A stretch of 64,000 nucleotides of DNA from a virus: IMG/VR virus record IMGVR_UViG_3300042870_001850, positions 19,312-83,311 of that record; one strand, given 5' to 3'. Position 1 is the first letter of the stretch. Each line of letters opens with the position of its first letter. Positions 37,616 to 46,614 of this stretch are shown in pieces. Under the pieces are notes generated by a model that was not told the origin of the DNA, made no database searches, and saw only the letters and a program-made list of their open reading frames with translations. The position numbers and the translations under genes were made by a program.

Positions 37616-38252
37616 TGATGCAAGAACTACAAACGTTGGTTCACAAAAAAACATACTAGTAGTAGAAGACTATCTTTCTAAGTCAATATGCAAAGATCTT
37701 AGCGAAGCAATGGTGCGTACAGCATGGCGAAGGTGCCGGTCTGACTCAGAAGCCGAAAACTATAACAGCATGCAAAATATATCTTTTTTAGCAAATGACA
37801 TGGAAGACGACATTGTAAAAATTGCCAGTTACGAATTCGGCGTAAATTTGTCAGTATTTGCGGGGAAAGGCAATTTCCATAAATGGGACGTCGGAGACAG
37901 TCTTTCTCTCCACACAGACGCAGAAAAAGAAGACTGTACTGCGCCATTGGCAAGTTACATAGATATGTATCAACCGCCAACTGTTGTTTCATACACAGCT
38001 TTAGTATACATCAACGATGATTACCAAGGTGGCGAGCTTGTGTTTCCGCAGCACGGTCTAAAGATAAAACCTAAATCTGGGACATTAATAATGTTCCCAT
38101 CGACTTGCATGTACCCGCACGAAGTAGCAGAAGTCACCTCTGGAGTTAGGTACACATACTCTATGTTTATGGCTAGCGCTTCTGTAGTTCAAGCTTTTAT
38201 GGAAATGTACGCTCTGGTGACGCTAAACGAAGACAGAAAAAACGGCAAATAA
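37608..38252 (+). CDS. P4H-like 2OG-Fe(II) oxygenase
   Basis: LHTD...YINDDYQGGELVF...YPHEV...RY. Confidence 0.87.
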   Translation: MVNDARTTNVGSQKNILVVEDYLSKSICKDLSEAMVRTAWRRCRSDSEAENYNSMQNISFLANDMEDDIVKIASYEFGVNLSVFAGKGNFHKWDVGDSLSLHTDAEKEDCTAPLASYIDMYQPPTVVSYTALVYINDDYQGGELVFPQHGLKIKPKSGTLIMFPSTCMYPHEVAEVTSGVRYTYSMFMASASVVQAFMEMYALVTLNEDRKNGK

Positions 38253-38333
38253 AGTACGCTGTCAATTAGGAATTTGTACCGCTACTTAGGTATAGTAGTA
38301 AAGACAGCAGCTATACAGCAAAACGGAGTAAAA

Positions 38334-39053
38334 ATGGATTTTCAATACATAGGAGATCAAAAGTTTGGAATTATTCTTTATAAGAATGCTTTACCAAAAG
38401 AACTGCGACTTCCCGAAAGACTAGAAGAAACAATAGGTAATAGCACAACCGCACCGTTTATGTGGATGGAAGCTCTTGTCGGCGATGCGCAAAAAATGCC
38501 CGAGTACCGTGATTGCGTAGACTGCAAGATGGGTCCTACGCATATTCAACATCTTCCTCCGCAGTTTTCTGAAATGAAAAACATTTACAATGACACAGTA
38601 CTTCGCCTAACTGAGTGCTTGCGCGATTACGAGTCTCGGTACAACATAAAAATGGATTTTATGGAAGCGATTAACTACGTCCGCTACCATACTGGGCAAC
38701 ATTTCGCTGTGCATACAGATCATGGATTTTCATATAACTGTACTGTTTCTTCAATAATGTATCTAAATGACGGCTATGAGGGTGGCGAACTGTACTTCCC
38801 ATTCTTAGACATCACGGTTGTGCCAGAGTACGGAGACATTGTGTTTTTCCCGTCAACTTACATTTACGCACATGCTGCAAAAGCAGTCACTAGCGGTACA
38901 AAGTACGCCGCGGTGACTATGTTTGACTATAACGATAGAACGCATAAGCAGGGCTATGGAGAAAATATTGACGGCACTAAAGCCACGGAAGGCGCTGGAC
39001 TGCCAACATATGGTAGCCAGCAAAACGCTGATGGAAGATTTTTAGCGCAATGA
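38334..39053 (+). CDS. P4H-like 2OG-Fe(II) oxygenase
   Basis: SD GGAG; VHTD...YLNDGYEGGELYF...YAH...TKY. Confidence 0.87.
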   Translation: MDFQYIGDQKFGIILYKNALPKELRLPERLEETIGNSTTAPFMWMEALVGDAQKMPEYRDCVDCKMGPTHIQHLPPQFSEMKNIYNDTVLRLTECLRDYESRYNIKMDFMEAINYVRYHTGQHFAVHTDHGFSYNCTVSSIMYLNDGYEGGELYFPFLDITVVPEYGDIVFFPSTYIYAHAAKAVTSGTKYAAVTMFDYNDRTHKQGYGENIDGTKATEGAGLPTYGSQQNADGRFLAQ

Positions 39054-39751
39054 AAGTGCGCCTCACAAGAAACCACCAGTCTGCGCCACGCATTGCGCAG
39101 TCTCGCGTTAAGCGCGATTGGATGGATGAAACGTACAACAAGCACGCGTACCAGTGCATGCCTATGACTGCCGCTAATACAAACGGCTGGGAGTTGATTC
39201 TTGAAGAAGATCTTGTTGTCCAATGGGACGGCGGCAACAACCCTGTCACAGTAGTTAGTGGAGGCGAACAAAACGGGCGTCAAGTAGCATTTCCTTCTAT
39301 TATTGGGATCATCTCAATTGGGATGGGTTGGACAGTCAATACTGAAGAAGGCTATGCAACGTGGCTTACCGGGTCTCCTAATTACTTCGTCGACGGCGCT
39401 GTTCCGCTTGCCGCGGCTATTCCCAGTTCATGGTGGCCAGATGAAGTGCAAATGAACTGGAAGATTACTAAAATAGGCGAACCAGTGACCTTTCCAGCGG
39501 GGTCGCCATTTTGTTTTTTTACCATCTACAAAGAAGATCTACTGCCATCTGTTGAGTTTGAAGTGTCTAACCTATGGGATAAGCCAGAGCTTATTGAAGC
39601 CAGGGTCAAGTACAGCAACGTAAAAATGAAAAATAACGCTGACAACCCGTGGACATGGACTAAGGGAATTAAAACTGGCGTAGATGCTGATGGCAATAAG
39701 ATAGGTCCAGGATTTACTGGAATAAATAAGCTCAACTCTCCGCATATGTGA
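39050..39751 (+). CDS. DUF6065-like protein
   Basis: KRDWMD...HAYQCMPMTAANTNGWEL...GSPN...WWP...MNWKIT...G.PFCF. Confidence 0.75.
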   Translation: MKVRLTRNHQSAPRIAQSRVKRDWMDETYNKHAYQCMPMTAANTNGWELILEEDLVVQWDGGNNPVTVVSGGEQNGRQVAFPSIIGIISIGMGWTVNTEEGYATWLTGSPNYFVDGAVPLAAAIPSSWWPDEVQMNWKITKIGEPVTFPAGSPFCFFTIYKEDLLPSVEFEVSNLWDKPELIEARVKYSNVKMKNNADNPWTWTKGIKTGVDADGNKIGPGFTGINKLNSPHM

Positions 39752-39794
39752 TAAGATAGCAAAGTACTAGCTCACCTCAACAAGAATTGGACAT

Positions 39795-40028
39795 ATGAAT
39801 ATGAAGTTTACTGTAACTCTAACTAATGAAGAAAAAAAGGCAATTTACAGTCGTGCCGTACTAGACTGTGAAAGACATCTCATTACTGCGCTTATCGCCG
39901 AAGGACATGATCCCGATACTTTCGATGAGGCAACATTTGTTCCGGCGGAGACTCTTGGTGATGAATTTATTGCAAGGAATCTAACGCAACTTGCTCGCCT
40001 TAAAGCCAATGTCGCAGATCTAGGATAA
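39795..40028 (+). CDS. Small acidic helical protein (paralogue set)
   Basis: LDCERHLITALIAEGHDPDTFD. Confidence 0.65.
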   Translation: MNMKFTVTLTNEEKKAIYSRAVLDCERHLITALIAEGHDPDTFDEATFVPAETLGDEFIARNLTQLARLKANVADLG

Positions 40029-40039
40029 TAAGAACTGCC

Positions 40040-40258
40040 ATGGCACTTTCAACAGCCCAAATAGAAAAAGCTAAAGTAAAAGCGTTAGACTACCTCGAGT
40101 TTTCAATATTCTCAATGGCTTTACTATTAAACGTCGATCTTGAGACTTTAGACGAGACATTTGTAAATCCAGCAGATAAAGACACACAACTGGACCTATG
40201 GAGTGCATACGAGTCGCTCATTGTTCAAGTAAAGTCGCACGCAAAGTTAGTAGACTAA
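40040..40258 (+). CDS. Small acidic helical protein (paralogue set)
   Basis: LDYLEFSIFSMALLLNVDLETLD. Confidence 0.65.
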   Translation: MALSTAQIEKAKVKALDYLEFSIFSMALLLNVDLETLDETFVNPADKDTQLDLWSAYESLIVQVKSHAKLVD

Positions 40259-40260
40259 TT

Positions 40261-40545
40261 ATGAAAATTACTCCTAAGGTGCCTAAAAAAATTCCACTTC
40301 TCGAGGCCGCATTTAAGACTGGTAAGTATCAAATTTGTCCGGACGTCAGTTTTGCCCACCCGCGTATTGTTGAGCCAACGCACAACCCAGACCGTGACAA
40401 TCAAGTTGCTCGTTGGGTGCCAGAGCAGTTTTCTTACCAAATGCCAGACGGTGGTACATTTTTTTGCGATCTCTTGCAAAATGGCGACCCAAAAACACCA
40501 TGGGACACGACTCAAGCAGATGAGTTAACAGAAGAAGACTTTTAA
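40261..40545 (+). CDS. Small hypothetical protein
   Basis: ATG 3 nt after the previous stop; TAATG coupling to the next gene. Confidence 0.6.
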   Translation: MKITPKVPKKIPLLEAAFKTGKYQICPDVSFAHPRIVEPTHNPDRDNQVARWVPEQFSYQMPDGGTFFCDLLQNGDPKTPWDTTQADELTEEDF

Positions 40546-40853
40546 TGAAAAGAACAAGAATAACTGCGGGCGAAAACTTGTATGACGCGACAAAAGATCT
40601 TGAGAGAACAGAAGGAAAACTTTTAGAGCTTATGTACATCGCAGGACTTGATAACACGGACGTCGACACTGTTACAATTGACGAACTTATTGAAGCCCTT
40701 AGAAAAGGGTTTGTCTATACTTCTGCTGTTGGAAATTCTTATAACGTTGGAGCTACTGCCTTTCTTAGACAAGAAAACTTTCATTTAGTTATCCAAGCTC
40801 GTAAATATTGGTGGTACCGCCAACTTGCAAAAGGAGCACTAAGCCGTGGATAA
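40545..40853 (+). CDS. Small helical protein (paralogue set)
   Basis: LERTEGKLLELMYIAGLDNTDVD. Confidence 0.6.
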   Translation: MKRTRITAGENLYDATKDLERTEGKLLELMYIAGLDNTDVDTVTIDELIEALRKGFVYTSAVGNSYNVGATAFLRQENFHLVIQARKYWWYRQLAKGALSRG

Positions 40854-41580
40854 CATAGTACTTAGAACAGCGACTGTTACGCGGCTGATTAGCAACACGC
40901 TTGCCACAAGTACCTTTGAAGAAGGAAAAACGTACCGCGAAGATTCATCTGCACGCGCGTTGGCAGAATACGCTACTTTTAATATTGACAGACGGACAGT
41001 TGCAATCGGTGGCAGTGAAGAAATCTGGCTATTTGATTTGATGAAAGAAATGGACCCTTCGTGGTACGAAATGATCAACTCAGTGCAGACAATAACTGAA
41101 ATGGCCTTTTTAATGAAAAATCCTCGTAAAATTCTTTCATTTTGTGCATGCATTCCGTCTACTATGTGTTTATGGCTATCAAATATGGCCGATCCAGAAA
41201 CTGAATTGACATTTGTCAATAACCCGATGCTTGACGCGTACGAGCAGCACATGATACCTGTCAGTGACACTCACACATATTCAAAGTATTCAGTAATTGA
41301 TTATGATGACTTGGAAAATGGTATTGAAGACAAGTATGATTTTATTGCAGCTATGGCGTGGGACATTGTAAGCGATCCAGATTTGCAACGCCAAGCTGTC
41401 GATGCACTTGCGCCGGGTGGTATTTTATGTGTTGCTCTTACAAATAATGGAGGCAAGCTGTACACAGACTCGTATCATGCGCATCCATACACTGAATTTC
41501 ATGAGAATCTTGGGAAGATGGACGGGCATACATACCATATTCCGGCCTTGTACGCGCACACACTATTCATAAAGAACTAA
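40846..41580 (+). CDS. Methyltransferase-fold protein (degenerate motif I)
   Basis: KYDFIAAM...AVDALAPGGIL; canonical GxG absent. Confidence 0.55.
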   Translation: MDNIVLRTATVTRLISNTLATSTFEEGKTYREDSSARALAEYATFNIDRRTVAIGGSEEIWLFDLMKEMDPSWYEMINSVQTITEMAFLMKNPRKILSFCACIPSTMCLWLSNMADPETELTFVNNPMLDAYEQHMIPVSDTHTYSKYSVIDYDDLENGIEDKYDFIAAMAWDIVSDPDLQRQAVDALAPGGILCVALTNNGGKLYTDSYHAHPYTEFHENLGKMDGHTYHIPALYAHTLFIKN

Positions 41581-41703
41581 TACTTATCGGCAGCAATGCC
41601 GTTGACTGGTTAACGAGTGCCGCAAAAAAACTATCTTCAACGTCTGACATTAGTGCGCCAGTTGCGTTCTTTGATGCTGTTTTAATGTATAATTTGCATT
41701 GGC

Positions 41704-42369
41704 ATGGACACTAAGACGCTTCTTTCTAATTTACAAGTAGTAGATGAATACATACCGAAGAATGATGTCAAAGTTCTTCTTGATTTCTGTGAATCATTTC
41801 ACGAGTGGGACAACGGGTATGATAGATGTCCTGATCTTTCAAGCGTTGACATTGATGGCAAATACCGATACGATATTGAAGAAATGCATATAGCGCAAAA
41901 CCATAGCTATTTGCACCCTCTTGTTCTTAAGTACCAAAAAAAGATAGAAGAGTACGCGAGTGCTGTATACGGAAGATCTCTTACTACGTACCACAATATG
42001 CATCTTCGCAAGTATTTTGAAGGCGACAAGTTCGACGAGCACTTTGACTCTGAAGGAAAAGACGAAGGCAAGATTCAACGACTGCCAGGATACAGCTCTT
42101 CTGACAAAGTTCCGGCAGCGCTAATAGAAATTGCAGTTAACATGTATCTAAACGATGATTATTCTGGTGGAGAAATCTACTTTCCAGATCACGATGTGTC
42201 AATAAAACCAAAACCAGGGCAACTTATAATGTTTCCAGGTGGGCACGAGTTTAAGCACGGAGTCCGCACAGTAACTAGCGGCAGCAGGTACACTATGGCT
42301 TCGTTTTTGACAACACCTAAGCTACTAATGCTGCACGCGGCAGCGTACAACGGAGCAGCCAGTGAGTAG
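41704..42369 (+). CDS. P4H-like 2OG-Fe(II) oxygenase
   Basis: EHFD...YLNDDYSGGEIYF...FKHGV...RY. Confidence 0.87.
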   Translation: MDTKTLLSNLQVVDEYIPKNDVKVLLDFCESFHEWDNGYDRCPDLSSVDIDGKYRYDIEEMHIAQNHSYLHPLVLKYQKKIEEYASAVYGRSLTTYHNMHLRKYFEGDKFDEHFDSEGKDEGKIQRLPGYSSSDKVPAALIEIAVNMYLNDDYSGGEIYFPDHDVSIKPKPGQLIMFPGGHEFKHGVRTVTSGSRYTMASFLTTPKLLMLHAAAYNGAASE

Positions 42370-43216
42370 CGCACATCATCTAGGCGGAGGGACTGTAGTA
42401 TTCCGCAACGCAATCACAGTTCCGCAAAATACAATTATCCCGTATCTTGAAGAACTAAAAGAACAGTCACGCAGCGAAATGTTTACTATCGTCAAAGATG
42501 AAGACGGCAATCCACTGCATGCTCTTAATCAAGGTGGGTTTATCTACGATCTTGAAAAGATCAATCGCGCTCCGGTTCGAATGATGAACCTTACGCATCC
42601 GTTTTTCCAAGAGTGTGAGAATGCTTTGTATGACGCGCTTTTGCAGTACATTGAAATGTTTCCTGCAGTTCTTCAGTCTCTGTGGTGGAGAAGTGAGGGC
42701 CACATTCTTGCGTATGACAAAGGCGCTGCTCTAGGATTTCATTCAGACAACGACGTCAACTACCGCTACGGTGCAGTTCCGCCTACAGAGCACGCAACAC
42801 GGAATGTGCTAAGCGCGTTGATCTATTTCAATGACTGCATTGATGAAGGCGAAGAAGAGACTCAGTATTCTTTTTCTGGCGGCCACATGAGTGTTCCGTA
42901 CTTTAATGCGGACATCAAACCGCGCACGGGGGACATTTGCATGATGCCAGCAAACTACATCGGTGCTCACGAGATTGCAGAAGTCACGCGAGGCACTAGA
43001 TACTCATATCTTGGGTGGTTTGCGCAGGGATCAGAAGACGCCAATAAAGGAGTAAATCCTCAGCATGAGAAAATGTCTGAATCGATTGGCGGACAATACT
43101 GGATGAAAACAATTATTGAAGACTATGAAAAGTATATCTATGACAAATATCCGGACAATGCTACTAGGCCTTCGCATCTTCTTGCAGTGTCTAATAGACA
43201 GAAGGACCACGTGTGA
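42362..43216 (+). CDS. P4H-like 2OG-Fe(II) oxygenase (HLGGG subgroup)
   Basis: FHSD...IYFND...GAHEI...RYSYLGW. Confidence 0.85.
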   Translation: MSSAHHLGGGTVVFRNAITVPQNTIIPYLEELKEQSRSEMFTIVKDEDGNPLHALNQGGFIYDLEKINRAPVRMMNLTHPFFQECENALYDALLQYIEMFPAVLQSLWWRSEGHILAYDKGAALGFHSDNDVNYRYGAVPPTEHATRNVLSALIYFNDCIDEGEEETQYSFSGGHMSVPYFNADIKPRTGDICMMPANYIGAHEIAEVTRGTRYSYLGWFAQGSEDANKGVNPQHEKMSESIGGQYWMKTIIEDYEKYIYDKYPDNATRPSHLLAVSNRQKDHV

Positions 43217-44097
43217 TGCAAAATAACAACGTAGAAGCTCAACATCTTGGCGGCGGAGTTGTCTTATTTAAGAACGCTCTTAAGTGGGACTGGGACAAAG
43301 TAATAGATCTCGCTGAAGAAATATGTGCAAGAGAGCACAGCAGTATGTATACTGAGTCTGTCGATCCCGAAACTGGAGAATTTGCTTATCTTAATCGAAG
43401 TGGTTTTTACTTTAGACCGGAGTCTGTTGATGAAATGCCGCGCCGTGGGTCTCGTATTCATCAAGACGATAGACCAGAGGTTGTTGAATTTTTGACTTTT
43501 CTAGAAGAAGCTAGAGATTCTTATTTGATGAAGTACATGGAAATGTTTCCTATTGCGTTCAAAACGATTTGGTGGAAAATTAAAGGTCATATAGTTTCAT
43601 ACAAACCTGGCGGGTATCTAGGCCCACATTCAGACACCAGCTCTGACTGGGCTTACGGAGTTCACGAGCCTAAGGATCAGCTCGCAACTCGGACAACTGT
43701 AGCTTCGCTTATTTACTTTAATAGCTCAGTTGACACTGAAAAAGAATTAGACGGATCAAACTTCACAGCTGGGCATCATTACTTTAACTACCTTGATATT
43801 TTAGTCAAACCAGAACGTGGCGATCTTTTAATGTTCCCGTCAAACTATATGGGAGCGCACGAAGTGCAGCCTGTCGGCGCAGGAATTAGGTACTCATATC
43901 TTGGTTGGTACTCGCACGGCACGCCAAATCCAGCAGTAAGTGAAAGTGTTACAGACCCTCTTACTGAGCCAGAGCTTGCGAAAATCGCAACTAACGTGTA
44001 CATGCCGTATCTTAAGCGTGACTTCGTGGCACACTTAAAGAGCAAAGGTATGACTAGCGTAGACATCCCTGGCTTTACTTTTGGAGATGAGCAATGA
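43213..44097 (+). CDS. P4H-like 2OG-Fe(II) oxygenase (HLGGG subgroup)
   Basis: PHSD...IYFN...GAHEV...RYSYLGW. Confidence 0.85.
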   Translation: MMQNNNVEAQHLGGGVVLFKNALKWDWDKVIDLAEEICAREHSSMYTESVDPETGEFAYLNRSGFYFRPESVDEMPRRGSRIHQDDRPEVVEFLTFLEEARDSYLMKYMEMFPIAFKTIWWKIKGHIVSYKPGGYLGPHSDTSSDWAYGVHEPKDQLATRTTVASLIYFNSSVDTEKELDGSNFTAGHHYFNYLDILVKPERGDLLMFPSNYMGAHEVQPVGAGIRYSYLGWYSHGTPNPAVSESVTDPLTEPELAKIATNVYMPYLKRDFVAHLKSKGMTSVDIPGFTFGDEQ

Positions 44098-44873
44098 ACA
44101 TCAACCACTTAGGCAACGGCATTGTTCTTTTTGAGAATGCGTTAGACGTTGACGACGATTTAGTGTCTTCATATATGTCGTACTTGCAATCAACAAACAA
44201 AGAAGTGCACTTTTTTAACACAGACGATTCTTCTGAAGTTGTAAATACTTCAGGCTACAAGTTTGACAAGAATGAAGTAAATCTAGCACCTGACAGATTT
44301 ATAAGAACTGTGACGAACAGTACTCCAAAAGAATTCGTTGATCTTGTACAGCGCTACGAGGATGTTCTATACTTATGCTTAGTTGAGTACTGCAAGATTT
44401 TTCCTGTCGCTGTTGAGGCGATAACATGGAGATCGCGTGGAAGTATAGCAACGTACAAGAATGGCCAGCATATTGGGTGCCACTCAGACTCGTCCGTTCC
44501 GTGCGTGATTGGCGAAATGCCGTCTAATCAAATTGCGTTACACACGACACTCACTGCAAGCCTTGTCATGAACAGCGATTTTGTAGGTGGAGAAATTGGA
44601 TTTAGAGCTTGGGGAACGGTGGTTGACGTAGGAGCTGGAAGCATTCTGTATTACCCGTCTACGTACGTTGGCGCTCACGAGGTTCTTCCAGTTACTTCTG
44701 GAGAACGAATTGTGTATCTACAAAGATTCTGTCATGGTCATCCAGGAATTGGAATGCCAGGTGTGCATGACGACAACTTGATGAGTGGTAACCAATGGCT
44801 GCCTTCTCTAAGAGACGACGTTGGACTGGGTAATATGTATCAAGAAATAGTGAACAAATACAGTGGTCAATGA
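44094..44873 (+). CDS. P4H-like 2OG-Fe(II) oxygenase (HLGNG subgroup)
   Basis: CHSD...DFVGGEI...GAHEVLPV..GER. Confidence 0.85.
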   Translation: MNINHLGNGIVLFENALDVDDDLVSSYMSYLQSTNKEVHFFNTDDSSEVVNTSGYKFDKNEVNLAPDRFIRTVTNSTPKEFVDLVQRYEDVLYLCLVEYCKIFPVAVEAITWRSRGSIATYKNGQHIGCHSDSSVPCVIGEMPSNQIALHTTLTASLVMNSDFVGGEIGFRAWGTVVDVGAGSILYYPSTYVGAHEVLPVTSGERIVYLQRFCHGHPGIGMPGVHDDNLMSGNQWLPSLRDDVGLGNMYQEIVNKYSGQ

Positions 44874-44901
44874 AGCCGTGGATTATAAGTAAGGATATAA
44901 T

Positions 44902-45522
44902 ATGAGCATGGAATCAACTAAATACGAGTCGGTGTATGACATTCCGCTTGCAAGCGCGGATGGAGAAGAAAACTTCCTAGCGCAGTATCGTGGCAGAGTT
45001 ACACTATTTGCTAATACAACAGGCGACTGCGGAAATGCTCCACAATTTGGAATCATCGAGCAACTCTACCAAGACTACAAAGACCGTGGATTTCAAGTTG
45101 TAGCAGTTCCTACGAATGACTATTGCGGATTCGGCGTAACATATGGTATCTACGAAGACGGTATTCGTGATGCCAAAACGTCTGAAGATTTCGGCAGAGA
45201 AAAATACGGAGTAACGTATCCGTTTACTGAGTTAGTAACTTCGCGAGAAGACCGTGATGAAGAAACTGACGGAAGAAAGATCCACGATCTCTACAACTTC
45301 TTAAATCCAGACGGTGAAAAAGCTCCCATTAACGGAAACTTTGAAAAGTTTATTGTTGACAAGCACGGTAAAAGAATTGCGCGACTTGCTAATGGAATTC
45401 TCTTAAACTATGCGCATGAAAGTGGCTACTGTGATCCACCAGAAGTAGAGCTTGAGCGTCTTCGTAAAATAATTGAAGCCGCACTTGACGAAGAATACAC
45501 AGAAACACAAACACAAGGATAA
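44902..45522 (+). CDS. Glutathione-peroxidase-family (Cys) peroxidase
   Basis: NTTGDCGNAPQF, YKDRGFQVVAVPTND, NFEKFIVDKHG. Confidence 0.85.
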   Translation: MSMESTKYESVYDIPLASADGEENFLAQYRGRVTLFANTTGDCGNAPQFGIIEQLYQDYKDRGFQVVAVPTNDYCGFGVTYGIYEDGIRDAKTSEDFGREKYGVTYPFTELVTSREDRDEETDGRKIHDLYNFLNPDGEKAPINGNFEKFIVDKHGKRIARLANGILLNYAHESGYCDPPEVELERLRKIIEAALDEEYTETQTQG

Positions 45523-45702
45523 ATGATGCAAATCGAAGTTCAAAAAGTAATCAATGACATTCTCGAGCAGAACAAAAATCTTGTTCTTCAACTCTCAATT
45601 GCACGAGTAACAGTGTCTGAGCTCGAAAAGATGGTTATCAATCTTGGAGGAAGTCCTGAGGATCTTCCTCTTCCGGACCCTCAAGTTCAACCACAGGAAT
45701 AG
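45523..45702 (+). CDS. Small coiled-coil protein (59 aa)
   Basis: Manual translation MMQIEVQKVINDILEQNKNLVLQL...; its 3' end overlaps the convergent whiB gene. Confidence 0.5.
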   Translation: MMQIEVQKVINDILEQNKNLVLQLSIARVTVSELEKMVINLGGSPEDLPLPDPQVQPQE

Positions 45703-46171
45703 TTTTCCTACCGCCAGATTTTTTACTGGCATGATACGCAGTTACTGCATTAGCACTTGTGCGGCTTCTCCATGTAAACTCACATGTTTCACATGACACT
45801 AGTTTCATTGTTTTCCAACGGCCACCTTCAGGTGAGTCTGCAACGATTACTTTTAGCTTACTAGGCCTTCCACTACAGCCTGGGCAGTTTGGAAATCTTT
45901 GTCTGCGAATTTCCTGCCCAGTGTGAGACACCGAAAGTGCACGACGAATTTCGCCTTCGTCTTTGCCACCCCATACGCCGTGAATTTGCTTTGTTTCTAG
46001 CGCCCACTTAAGGCACCGCAAGCGGACAGGACAAGTAAAACAAATGTTCCTGGCCGCATACTTTTCTTCTGGCACATTTGAGAAAAAGTACTTTGCAATC
46101 TTTTTATTTTGAGGCAATGCGCAGGCAGCATTGTCTTGCCAGTCTACATCACTAAGTGGCTTCTTTGTCAC
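45638..46171 (-). CDS. whiB: WhiB-family regulator with C-terminal zinc ribbon
   Basis: WQDNAAC...ICFTCPVRLRCLKWAL...GVWGG; extra CPGC...CETC. Confidence 0.9.
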   Translation of the reverse strand: MTKKPLSDVDWQDNAACALPQNKKIAKYFFSNVPEEKYAARNICFTCPVRLRCLKWALETKQIHGVWGGKDEGEIRRALSVSHTGQEIRRQRFPNCPGCSGRPSKLKVIVADSPEGGRWKTMKLVSCETCEFTWRSRTSANAVTAYHASKKSGGRKTIPVVELEGPEEEDPQDFLQD

Positions 46172-46503
46172 AGGGCAACCAAAGTGATCTCAAGAATAGT
46201 GTCTACATAGTCACCTTCACGGGTCTCTCCGCTAGAGTCACATACAGTAAAGTCCATGTCACCGTCAACTTCTCCAGCGTAGACATAGAGTGACTCTCTA
46301 CCGTCAAGCATTCTAAATCCGTCACCAAGCGACACGGCAGAGCCGTCTCTTTGAAGAGCAGAAGCAAGAGCTCTACGAACAACTTCATGCTCTAGATCTA
46401 CGTGATCTACTGTAAAAAACAGCAGCGTAGAGTCAGATAGATCTTCGTGTCCACATCCGGTCCATTCTGACCAGAGACATTCTCCTACGCGCGAGTCTTT
46501 CAT
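46168..46503 (-). CDS. Hypothetical protein
   Basis: Coupled to whiB; TACAAT upstream. Confidence 0.6.
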   Translation of the reverse strand: MKDSRVGECLWSEWTGCGHEDLSDSTLLFFTVDHVDLEHEVVRRALASALQRDGSAVSLGDGFRMLDGRESLYVYAGEVDGDMDFTVCDSSGETREGDYVDTILEITLVAL

Positions 46504-46614
46504 GCTGAAGATAATTGTATACTGTCACCAGATGATTTCTGGTCACTTTTGGCCGCTTATGCGCAGTTTATCACGCAGTATTGTTGCGCGTGAGAGAAGG
46601 CTTCTGGAGGGCCG

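Noticed and set aside
31197-44873. 14 PPxF units matching 14 oxygenase domains one-to-one
   Set aside because: Most likely a numerical coincidence. Ten units are identical, so a unit-specific enzyme is implausible.
31398-44873. Oxygenases as TET/JBP or AlkB DNA-modifying enzymes
   Set aside because: The motifs (YLNDDYEGGE, FP...H.V..V..G.RY) are P4H-like, and the genes sit with structural genes, not the DNA-modification block. Not excluded experimentally.
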